Positions 22,601-34,600 of a DNA stretch of 64,000 nucleotides are shown here, piece after piece. The translations under genes were made by a program, and so were the position numbers. Position 1 is the stretch's first letter. Each line of letters opens with the position of its first letter. Under the pieces are notes generated by a model that was not told where the DNA came from, did no database searches, and was given only the letters and a program-made list of their open reading frames with translations. Source of the stretch: Vicugna vicugna (Eukaryota); NCBI GenBank assembly GCA_013265495.1, contig MU058714.1:1056001-1120000 (forward strand). The letters run 5' to 3'.

Positions 22601-25600
22601 CATCCAGCACCAGCCTCTGCCATTTCTCTGTCCCCCTTTCCTGGCCACGTGCTCTGCTCTCTGTAAAACGGCAGCTGGGAGCAGTGCGGGAAGGGCCTCC
22701 CCAGGGGTGCCTCCCGCTGGCCCCGGCTCCCAGGGCCTCTGTCCACGGCTCCCGCCAACAGGCAGGTCCGCAGGCACCTCCGGCTCCCACACAGAACACA
22801 TGGTCACCATGGAGGCGATGTTCGGTGCACAAACAGGAAATGTGAGGCAAAGCAGCTTCATCCAAGCCTGCGACCCCAGGATGCATCACCAGTCGTGGGG
22901 TCTCGCCGGCTGATGGGTGCCCAGCCCTCAGGGCCTCCAGAAGGAACTCAGAACTAGGTGTGCGTGGAGCCGCCGCTGGCATGAACTGCGCCGGAGCGGG
23001 GCCCTCGCTCGCCCTCTGGGCCACATGAGACCAGGCGGGGCCGGGAGAGGGGCAGTCACTCACCTGCGCCCACTCCTTCCCTTTGGGGTCTCGGGGGAAG
23101 TCGGGCTCCAGCTCAGGCAGCGGCGGACCCCCTGAGCCCAGGGAGCGTTTGAAAGGTGATGACTCGCTGAATCTTCAGTTCAGCCCCAAAGTGTTCCGCC
23201 TTCCCCCATCACCTCCCACTGATTTTCCGGAGACTTTGAAGAGACACGTTCAGAGTTTCTCGGCGGTGATTTCTCTTCTCCTTTTAGACTCCGCACGGGA
23301 CCGCTTGGCTTTCAGGCTTTGTGGGGGTGTCCATGTGTGCAGAGCTGGCCAAATAATTAAATGCCCCAGCAAGGCAAGCAAACAGTACGGCTTTTATAAT
23401 GCAAAAAATAAGAGCCATTTTTCAAAGGCTGATTATAATTCAGCTCTTGCGGCTTTTGTTTCAAAGTGAAGGATTATCTGGGAGGCATCGATGACACGCT
23501 GGTTGCTCCGTTTTCTGTATTTTCTGTCTGTTGGCTGAATGTCAATACGGCGCCCTAACTGCTGAGTGGAAGGGTCCAGAACACTCGGTCCTCCGGGAGC
23601 AGCCAGTGCAAGGCCCCCCTGGAGTTCACCCCACAGAGGTCGAGGCTCCTCTTGTTTCTTGTTTCCTCCTCCCTGTTTTGAAAAATCACAGCGAAGCCGC
23701 TCCCCTCCTGCAGGCCGGCTCAGGCCGGTGCAGACCCCCTCCCGGGTGAAGCGGCAGGCCCACCTCTGCTGTGGGAGGACGCGCCCACACCCGGGTCTGG
23801 GCTCCATCCTGCAGGGGCTCCTCCGCGAGGAGCCCAGGCTGAGCTGGGCCGGTTCCTCCGAGCACGAGGTCGGCTGTGCAGCAGGAGGTGAGGGGCTGAG
23901 GCTTCACCAGGAAGCTGCTCTCTCCTAGGGGGCGGGGAGGCCCGGGAGGGGGCCCTCCCGAAAGGGAGCACGGAGAGCCTCTTCCCTGACTCCTGGCCCC
24001 GACTCCTCGCGAGTCCCAGCCAGGTTTCACGACAGCGTCTCGAGGGGGTCCTCCCGGAGCCTCCCTAGACCCAGACAGTTTTCTTCCAGAAAAGCAAAAG
24101 AAGATCATTTTATCTGCAGGGTGACGTTCGGGGGAGAATGTCAGACGGGACCTTACGTTGCTGTGGGAGTCCCTCTGCCAAGAGCAGCGCCAACCTGCGC
24201 TAGTCCTGTGGCCTCCGAGTTGTCGCCGCCACCGCCCACCTCACCTGTCCCTTTGCTCCTTCAGGCCACAGTGAACGCCCGGCCTCAGCGCATCCTCCCC
24301 ACCTCCTCCCTCACGCAGTCGGCGCCCGCCAGCCCCACCAACAAGGGCGTGCACATCCACCAGGCGGGGTAAGTGGGGTAGCTGTCCCGGGACCTGGGGG
24401 CCCCCTCCCACATCTCCTCATCTGAGCCCTTCCTCGAGTCCTCCCCCACCTTCCCCTGCACAGTTGTAACAGCAGAGGTTAACGGAACCCGACTTCTGTT
24501 CAGAACTTGTCAGAGAGGGTCTGTGTCCCGCAGCGGGTGGCCGGGGTGGGGAATCCTCCTCTCACTGGTCTGTGTCCACACGGCCGAGCACGGGGTCCTG
24601 GGCAGCAGCAGAGCCCAGCAGACTCGCGGTCCCACTACACCTGCCTTGCGCTGCCCCCGTTTTCAGGGAGGACGATGCTCAGAACCCGCAGGCAGGAGCT
24701 GCACGAGCAGCCGGGTTTGGAAGTCGAGCCAGGCAGCCAAGGGCATTCTGGGCTGATGACCCTGGGCCCACTTGCAGGACTGGGGGCGGGCGACCCCAGA
24801 AGTTGCTTAGGGTTTGGTTTCTAAGCACTGGCTCTGGGTAAAACCCATGTCCTTCTTCCCCAACGGCAGAGGGTCCCCGCCAACCTCCAGCGCCAGCAGC
24901 TCCAGCCTGACCAACGACGTGGCCAAGCAGCCAGTCAGCCGAGACCTGCCTCCAGGCCGGCCGGGCACTGCGGGCCCAGTGGGGGTGCAGTACACGCCCC
25001 ACTCCCACCAGTTCCCCCGGACACGGAAGATGTTTGACAAGGGCCCAGACCAGGTACCGACGTGGTTGTAAACACTGACTCTCGTGGGGTCAGGATGCGG
25101 GACGCTGTGAGCCGGCCACGGCCCTGGCGAATGTCGCAGGGCTTCCCTCCTGTGCCTGCGGCCCCGGGTCCGGGCTCACCCCCCTGGTGGCCACAGCCTC
25201 TGTGGAGCGAGAGGCCCTTCGGGCTGGCCTGCTCCTGCTCCTCGGTAAGCAGCACTCGCCTCCACCCGACGGGGCCGCTGCTGTGCGGGAGCGGTGGTTC
25301 TGAGCAGGCTGTTTGCTGTTTCCATCAAGATTCAACTCCCCCACGGCCGGGGGGTGCGGTCTCTGCCGCTGAGTGGAACCGACATTTCGGGGGGGGTGGC
25401 GTCCTTGCTGGGAGGGTTGTGGGGACATGTAACAGGGCGGCCACGCTCCCCGGGTGCTGGTCCACGCGGAGCGGCACGGTGGGGCAGGTGCGAGGTGAGG
25501 CCCCACCACTGGTCCCAGCGAGCAGCACCAGGTGTTTTAGCTCTGAGCCCCGAGGAGTCCCCGTCGACCTGCTCCTCGCTGCGTGCTTGCCCCAGAACCA

Positions 25601-28600
25601 CAGAGCAGGCAGCGTCCCTGCGCGCCTCACCCTCACCGGAACCTGTGGGACCGGCCTGGTCAGAGGGCGGCCCCGGTACCAGGCAGCAGGGGCCCACGGG
25701 GGTGGGCGACCCGGCGGCGATGGGGAGTGTGGGGACTTGCAGCCCAGGCCGTCTCGGCCAGCCCCTGGGCCTCGCAGCCCTGTGCTGGTCGTCAGGCCCC
25801 CTGGTCACCGGGACGCAGAAGTGAGGGGGCTCGGAGATGTTGTCCTCAGAAGCCGGACCACTGGCCCTGTGCCTTGGGCTCCAGGGATGGACGGCCTCGA
25901 GCTCCCAGGGGTTTGGGGATGACGTGACTGACTGTTCCTGTCTTCTTCCCCCTCCTCCCTTCCTGACGCCGCAAAGACCACCGACGACCCAGACGATGCG
26001 GCCGGACACAGAAGCTTCATCTCGGCCACGATGCAGACGGGGTTCTGTGACTGGAGCGCCCGGTACTTCGCCCAGCCCGTCATGAAGGTAGCCGTGCGTC
26101 CTCAGCTCTAGGGCGGTGGAGCCAGAACCCCGGCGAGTGTGTGCTCCCCTGTCCCCACAAATGCCCATGGGCCTTCAGGGCCCCGGCCTCGGACCTGGGC
26201 ACCTCGACCCCTCTGCTCTGAGCTCAGGCTTGCGTCCCCACTGGTTTACTCTCTGTGATCCCCGGGCCCCGCACCGTGACCCCCTCTAGCCTGGGTGCAG
26301 CTGCATGGAGCCCTGTGCCAGCCAGCCTCCTGCTCTGTCACACATGGCTGTTGAAGGGAGTGCCAAGTCGCGGTCACGATGGCTGATGTTAACAGTTAGA
26401 CAAACAGCAAGAGAAAGAGACTTAATTTACCTTCCCATTTTGTCCCAAAAAAAGGGGGGGGGGGAAGCCTGACTTTGCCGAGCTCGCCTGTGTGAGGTGT
26501 GCCCCTGTGGGTTGGCGAGCTCGTCCCAGGTGCCCAGGCCCACTTGGGCTGCTCACCGCGTGGGGGCTGTCGGACTCAGCTAGCCAAGTTTTTGAAGGAC
26601 CTGTCCACCGGGGCCAACCGAATGCGTCTGGCTGATTCCGGGACACCCCCTTCCAGGTCTGACGTGCCACCTTCGTGATGTGGCGTGACGTGTGTCCCGT
26701 GGCTGCAGATTTGGGCCCCGCATTCCGGGGACGGGGCGGGACGGGGGCTCCGTGCCCGTCTGGCTGCAGGGAGCCTCACTGTGGGGCTTCCTCCTTGGAC
26801 TTTCTTGGTCTGAAGCCCGTTCTGACAAATCCCCGCCCCCTCCACCCACAGACGCTTCCCAGCTGAAAACTGCAGCTTGTTCGTACTTAGGTTTCAAGCT
26901 GCACATGCAGGTGATTTCCACGGAGGATTTGGACTTTGTTACAACTTTTCTCCTGCCTTCCTGTTCCCGCCAGAGATACTGATGTTTGTCAAGAAAACAC
27001 AAAATAGTCGTTGCTAGTGCCGGAGGCAGGTCGTAGTCCTCTGTTGAGCCCTGTTGCTGAGAAGAGAGCGGTCTCAGTAGCGAAAACAGTCCACTTAGAC
27101 GTCGACAGGAGGAGAATGGGTGAAAAGCATGGAGTACGTGATACGGTATCCGTGGTGACGTTAAAAATGAAGCTTTGAAATTAACATAACAAGGAGATGC
27201 TCATGATAAAACTTTTTAGGGGGGAGGAGATATGTCATTGGCCGAGTGTGTGCTTAGCATGCATGACATCCCAGGTTCAATCCCCAGCACCTACATTTAA
27301 AAAAAAAATTTAAGGAAAAAAAGCAAGACGTAAGCTGGCCACAGAATGACCACAGTTGTGCTCACATCTGGGTGCGAGAGGGGCTGGGAAGCAGCAGACC
27401 CTGACGTGTCGGTGGTGGCACTGAATTTGTGTCATTCTGACTCATTTCTGTCTTTTCTACATTTTCCATGCTTAGCACGAAGTATCTTTATAGTCAGAAC
27501 AAAACGTATTAAAGAAATGATGCCAAGAGACGGTGGAGACCTGTTACGGGGTCCCCGCCAGGCTGGGCCTGTCCCTGCTGACCAGTCCACCTGTAGACGG
27601 GACATTGCAAGCTGCTCTGGCTGAGAGGCGGGATGGGCAGACACTGGACTGTGTCCCCGGAGATGTGCGTCCCTGGTGCTGGGGGCGAGTCTCCCTTCAG
27701 ATCTGTGGTTCACACCGTGTCCTTCGGAGTTAGGTCAGTCTAGTAACAGAAGTTCGTCTCCTGTGTAAGGAAGTGAGGTCACATGGCTTGGACTCTCGGT
27801 GGTCTGGTCCGTCCTCGTTCGGAGGCAGCAGTGGCTGTAACTCACAGTCACTACTGGCACAGTGATAAGCTGCTGTTCTGGAAATCTCTGGATATGCCTG
27901 TTCTCAGTCATGTCCCGTGACTTCTGTTCAGATGTGGCAGCAGATCCCCTGCCTTTGTGTTCCTTCGTGTGTGCGCCTGGACGTGTGTCTGCGAATTCCC
28001 GCTGGGGCGGGTCTGTCAGGTGCTGGCCGGGAAGAGACAGAGGCTGTCAGTCCAGGGGTCTGTCCTGGTGCGTCTTGCTGGCTCCCAACGTGAGGGCAGC
28101 ACTGTGAGATGGGGTGAGGGGGTTCCCTGCAGGATTAACTCGCTGTTCAGCGCTGAGCCTGCAGGAGGAGCCAGCAAACAGTGCAGAGGGGGAGACGGTG
28201 CTTCCGCCGACCTGGCCACGTTTGCAGAAACAGACTCTCGTGGGTATAGCTTGAAATGAGATTCTAGGTGTTGTGACTGAAAACGAAGTTCTGTTATGGT
28301 CAGGCTCTAAGTCCCCTTTTGTGCTGTGTTTCGTGTCGTGCTGGGTCTGTGCTGTGGTCAGCTGGGCTGTATCCCTGCCGGCAGCTGAAGTGTCAGGCGC
28401 TTGGGGCCCGCGTGACTGTTGTTCTACGTTAATTAGAGGCGTCGTCCAGGCTTTGGGAGAGAACACGTTTTATCTCATTGCTAGCTTTTAAAAGAAATTC
28501 TTCCTACTTTTTTCAGGTGGTATTCACGAGGGCGTACTTCTATTAATTTAATTAACCAGCTAATGACATGTGTGTGCAATGAAATGCATTAGGAACTTGT

Positions 28601-31600
28601 TTATTAGGCTGCTGCTTGTGCCAGCTAAAAATGGCTCGAGGCTAGGAAGGTCCCCGGAAGGAGGGAAGAACCTCCGACTCTAAAAACTTCAGAGGCGAGC
28701 GTTTACCAGGTAGTACTTACTAGGTTACAAAACTATGCGCAATATGATAGTCACGTGCAGCTAATGGTCAGTAGGATTGAATACCCCGAACGTGACTGTA
28801 ATGACAGTTTTTGCCATCTGTCAGCTCACAGTCAGATTTACCAGAGGTCTGCATGACCGAAAAGAACTACTGTTGCAGCAAAGTGTGTTACAGCTCAGTG
28901 TTACAGCTCAGTTGTGACAGCAGCCTGGATCCGGGCGAGAGACCAAGCGGCACTCGGAGGGTTGGAGAACTCAGGTTTATCACGTCAGCGGGCCCAGAAG
29001 AGTTAACACTCCAAGCTCTGGACCCCGTCTGTAGGTTTACACAGGCTTTTATAGGCTGCCAGTGTATACTGTGCAACATAATATGCAAATAAGTTGTTTT
29101 GACTAATTAGGAATAAGCTTTGTAGAAATGGACCAGTTGGGAGTGAGCTCTATGCAAACGAGGTGCTACAAATGGACCAATCAGGACTTAGCTCAGGGAA
29201 CCAATAGAATCTTGGGGAAGTTCCACTTTCTTAGCAGCGAGCCACTTCAGAGGCAAAAAGCAAGATAATGGCCGTTGGACCAGGAAACCGGATGGTGCTG
29301 GCAGGAGAGTAGTGGCCCTGCCTGGGGGTCCTGCCGGTCTTTTTCATGGGGCTTCCCGCTTCACTACCTTCTGGACTTGGTTCTCCTTTGATAGATGAAA
29401 CCACCTCTCTCTTCCCTGGGTTGGTTTACAGAGCTCACATCTGCTTAAGAAAGAACATTAAAAATGGTCTGTTACGTGCTTACAGGAAAAAAAAGATATG
29501 CTGAAATTTGTTCTGATTACAAAAATGTTACGATTTTTTTTCACTTGAAGGATGGCAAATTTCAAAGATTGATTTTGCCCAGAGGATGGGTTACCAGGGT
29601 GTGGGGAAGTGGGAACTCTCAGATACTATTGGTGGGTGGCAGAATACGAGCTTGGTTTGGGGCCTTTCGGTGGCAGCTGTCAACACTGTGAATGGGTAAG
29701 CCCGGGGGGAGGGTATAGCTCGTGGTAGCACACCTGCTCAGCGTTCATGGGGTCCTGGGTTCAGTCTCCAGGACCTCCATTAAAAAAGTAAATAAACAAA
29801 GAAACCTAACTACCCCACCCAAAAAATGAATTAAAATTAAAATTTAAAAAAAATTTTTTTAATGGGTAAGCCCAGAAACCAACGACCGCGCTCTGAGAAG
29901 CAGATCCTGAAACCACTGCGGTGCGTGTATGTGTGGTAACGGCCATCTACAGATGCTCGTTACAGGGTTACTTGTAATAGCAGAAAGTTGAGAACGAGAG
30001 AATATTGATTAGGAGACTGTATGAGAAATGATGGGTCTGTGCATGAATCTTGGCGATACTCTCCTAGGGCCGTCTACCCCAGCAATAGAAATAAAGCGAA
30101 AATAAGCAAATGGGACCTAATTACACTTACAAGCTTCTGTACAGCAAAGGAAACTGTAACAAAGCAAAAAGACAAGCCACCGAATGGGAGGAAAGGTTTG
30201 CAAGCAATGCAACAGACAAGGGCTTGATCTCCAGAAAATATAAACAGCTCATACAGCTTATTAACAAAAAAAGAGCAACCCAATCCGAAAATGGGCAGAA
30301 GACCTAAACAAGCATTTCTCCAGTGAAGACATATAAATGGCCAATAGGCACGTGAGAAAATGCTCAGCATCGCTAATCGTCAGAGAAATGCAGATCAAAA
30401 CTACAATGAGGCATCACCTCGCACCAGCCAGAATGGCCATCATTCAAAAGTCCACAAACGACAGATGCTGGAGAGGCTGTGGGGAACGGGGAACCCTCCT
30501 ACACTGCTGGTGGGAGTGCAGTTTGGTGCAGCCACTGTGGAAAACAGTGTGGAGATTCCTCAAAAGACTAGGAATAGACTTACCGTATGACCCAGGAATC
30601 CCGCTCCTGGGCGCATATCTGGAGAAAACTAATTCCAGAAGACACCCGCACCCCCATGCTCACAGCAGCGCTACTGACAACAGCCAGGACATGGGAGCAC
30701 CTAAGTGTCCATCCACACGTGACTGGACAAAGAAGATGCAGTGTACTTATACAACAGGATACCACTCAGCCACAAAAAGCAATAAAACAATGCCGTTTAC
30801 AGTAATATGGGTGGACCTGGAGATGGTCATCCGCAGTGAAGGAAGCCAGAAAGAAAGAAAAGGACTGTATGAGATCGCTCATATGTGGAATCTTTTAAAA
30901 AGACACAAATGAACTCATTTACAAAACAGAAACAGACTCACAGACATAGACAACAAACTTATGGTTACCAGGGGCTGAAAGGGGTGGGAAGGGATGAATT
31001 GGGAGTTCGAGATTTGCAGATACTAACTACTGTATGTAAAATAGATAAACAAGTTTCTACCGTACAGCACAGGGAACTGTATTCAAAGTCTTGTAGGAAC
31101 CTATAATGAAAAAGAACATGAAGAGGAATATATGTGTGTTCCTGTATGACTGAAACATGAAGCTGTGCACCAGAAATTGACAGAACGTTGCAAACTGACT
31201 ATACTTCAATTTAAAAAAAATAAAGAAGATGGTTCTGTGCAGCAGACAGAGCCATTCAAGTCAGTGACTCCGTCTGCGTGAGGACTTGGTTGGATGTCTT
31301 GACTCAGTCGAATAATCCAGTGTCCAGAACACACGCTCAGAAGATGTGGTTCAGTAAATTCCTGCCAGCGTCAGAGGAAGCCCACTGCCTCTGGCAGCTG
31401 CTTCTAGAAGGCAGGACCTAAATCCGGGAAAGGGGCTGTCCTTTGTGCATTCCGTACTACAGGTGGTCTGAAAACCAGTCGAAGACACTGCAGGAATAAA
31501 CGTCTGCAAACGTTTTGTGAACATGGACCCCAAATCCTCGGCATACCGTTAATATTAACAAGTCAAACGCAGCAGCACGTAACCAAGTGGGTTCTACCCC

Positions 31601-34600
31601 AAGGACGCAGAGTGGATTGAATGCCTTTAATCATATAATTGAATGTGTCATTTCTGTATCATATAAAGAAAAACCGCGTGATCATCTCAGTAGCGGCATG
31701 ATTGCGTGATCATCTCAGTAGCTACACGGAAAGGACTTGATGGAATGCAACAGAGTAAAAACTGTCAGCAAAGTAGGGACAGAAGGAACCTCCTTCACCC
31801 TCACGCAGGCCCCTACAAAACCCTGCAGTTGACATTTTTTCACGGGTAAAAGACTGAGTGTTTTTTCTCTAAAATCAGGTGTAAGGCAAGGATGTCTGAC
31901 CTCACTGTTCCCATTCAGCATCCACGGTGGGGAGGGGCGGGGTTGGCGAGGGCAAGGCAAGGGGGGTGTACACGGACGGCGTGACTGCGCGCGTGGAAAT
32001 AAGCCTGCTCGCAGCCAGCGTGACCGTGCGCGTGGGAAGTCCCAAGTAATCTGCAAAATGCTGCTGGGATGAGAAAGTCTAGTAAGATCGCAGGATACAG
32101 GGTCGTTGTACAAAAATCTGTTAATTTTTATACAGACAACTGGAAATTGAGATTAAACCGTTTACAACACCACCCTCCAAAACATGAAAAACTAGCTATA
32201 CATCTAAAAAAAAAAGATCCAAATGGTGAAAAATACAGAACAGTGATGAAAGAAATCAGAGGAGACATAAATCAATGCAGACCGTGTTCCTGGGCTGAAA
32301 GACTCAATAAACGTAAGACGTGAGTGCTCCCTGAAGTGGTGTGAAGATCAGTGCGATCTCAGTCAAATCCCGATAGGCTGGCTTTTTTTCTTGGTCGACA
32401 AGCCTGTTCTAAAATGTACGGGGAAAAGCAAATAAACTAAAATAACCGGAACGACTTTGAAGTAGAACAGATTCGGAGGCCCTTGCTGACTGGCTTCGGG
32501 GCGCACCATAAAGTGAAGTGGTCATGGCGTGGGTGGCGTGTGGACACACTCAGACGTGGGCGGACTGGCGTCCGGCAGCTGACCACGTCCGTCCGTCCTG
32601 CTGGCTTCCCACGGGGGCGCGCGGACCGGGACCGTTCAGTCCGGCGGAGAGAGGGTGGCCCACCTTGTGAACAACTCACTGCCTAAAGGGGAAGCCTGGA
32701 GCCACGAAACGTCCGGAAGAACACCTTCCTGACCTTGGGTTAGGCGGTGATTTCTTTACTAAGACGCAGGGTGCAAACCACACAAGAAAAAATGACCAGT
32801 TGGACCACGCTGAGAGTGACACGTGCTCTCATCATGACTCGGTGAAGAACAGGAAAACACGAGCCGCAGACCAAGGGAAGACTGCGAAACGCACATCTGA
32901 TAAAACCTTGTGTCCTGTTTACGTAAAGAGCTCTCGAAATTGAATAACCAGGAAACAAACCACCCAATTAAAACCAGAGCAAGAGATCTGCAGACGCTCG
33001 GCCAGACAGACACACAGACGGCAGGGCAGCACGGGGAGAGACACGTACGTCACAGCGGCTGTTTGCGAGGGAAGTCGAGTCGGCAAGTGAGGTGCGGCGC
33101 GTCGGCGAGAAGGGCTGGCGCTTTCGGGTCTGTCGGCACCAGGTGCTTCCCGAGGGTGCACGCCGTGCTGGTGCAAAGGCAGGATGTTGCAGGCGCCCTG
33201 GAAACGCTCGGCTCTTTCTTGCAAAATTAAACACGCTTACGCGGAGCCCAGTGGCCCTGCTGCTGGGTGTTCTCCCGGGAGAGAGGAAGGCTTGGGTGTG
33301 GAGGTTCACAGTGGCTCTGTTCTTAGTCTCCAGGCACCGGGAGCATCCCAGATACTCTTCCCTTGGTGAGTGAACTGTGCTAGGGCCGCGTGACGGAACA
33401 CTGGCCACCAGAAAACAGCGTTTGAAATAAACTGATGCGTACACACCACGGATGAATTTCAAGCACGTTAAGCTCAGGGGAAGAAGCCAGACTCAAGCTG
33501 TTTGGCCCATTTCTGCAGCATCTGGAAAGGCAGGACCAAGCTGTGGGGACAGAAAATGGTTGGGGGGGGTGCTGGGCTGGGGCTGGGGGAGGGCCTGGCC
33601 TCAGAGGGCACGGAGCAGTTTGGAGGAGGGAGTGCCTGTTCCACACGTGGATTGTGTGACTGTGGTGCACACAGAACTGTGTCCCCAAGGCTGAAGTTGA
33701 CAGCGTGTGGCTGCGTGTCAGTCACCCTGATGCTTTGGGGAGGTGGGGTCGGTGATGACAACGCCTGTGTTTGGGTGGCAGCACCTGCAGGGTCCCTGGT
33801 TTGCAGTTCAGAGCGCTTTCCTCATGGGCCAGTGGCCTTCAGCGTGGTCGCCCCCCAGAGGCGGTGTGGTCGGGCCAGATCGGCCCGTGGAACAGCTTCC
33901 CTGCGCAGAGACAGCCTCGTTGTTCGGGGGGGTCATCTGCTGCAACGACGGGAGAGATGGTGAACGTGCCGCGGTGAGAGGCAGGCGCGGGAGCACCCGT
34001 TCCCCGAACCCCGGTAACCCAGGGAGCTTGGTGGCTGGGAGTCCAGCCTTTCTGGGAAGTGGGAGCAGTCGGGCTCGCCCCGCTCTTGAGAGCCGTGTGC
34101 GTTCTGCATCTCCCCCGTGCACTGGGACCTCCTTAACTGTGGGGGTGTTGAGGGTCAAGGCCGAGCCCTGTGACCCGCAGTCTCACCGTCCGGGACTTGC
34201 TTCACGGGGAAGTGCCCAGGGGGCTGCTTCTGGGGACCCCCTGGCCTTCCTCCCTCTGTCCCCGGGCGCCAGCTGCCCCAGCGACAGGCCCTGTCAGCCG
34301 CGCCAGCACCCGGCCCCTCCAGCTCGCCTGGGGGCAGCGGGCGCGTCAGGCCTGGGCTTTGCTCGGAAGCTTCTACTCCACCCGCAGGCCAGGAGGCGGC
34401 CCCGCAGCGGGTAGTGGCGGGGCGCCAGGTGGGAAGCCCTCTGCCCCCCTTCCTGACTGGCCCTTGCCCATCCTGGCGGCCGCTGCCTGCGGCTTTCCCC
34501 AGCCTCTTCTGTGTCCTCTCCTGGTCTCTCTCCCCCGTTGGCGGCCGCTCTCCACCTGCTTGTCCTCGTGGCGCTGGCGACTGTCCCCGGACGATGGGCT

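Noticed and set aside
29704..29775. tRNA-like A/B boxes here and at 14350-14416 and 27219-27290
   Set aside because: SINE heads with A-rich tails (and a TSD at 29704); degenerate, with no intact cloverleaf, so not tRNA genes
30337..30912. 191-aa ORF with a Cys/His motif as a possible gene
   Set aside because: C-terminus of L1 ORF2p in a 5'-truncated, frameshifted copy
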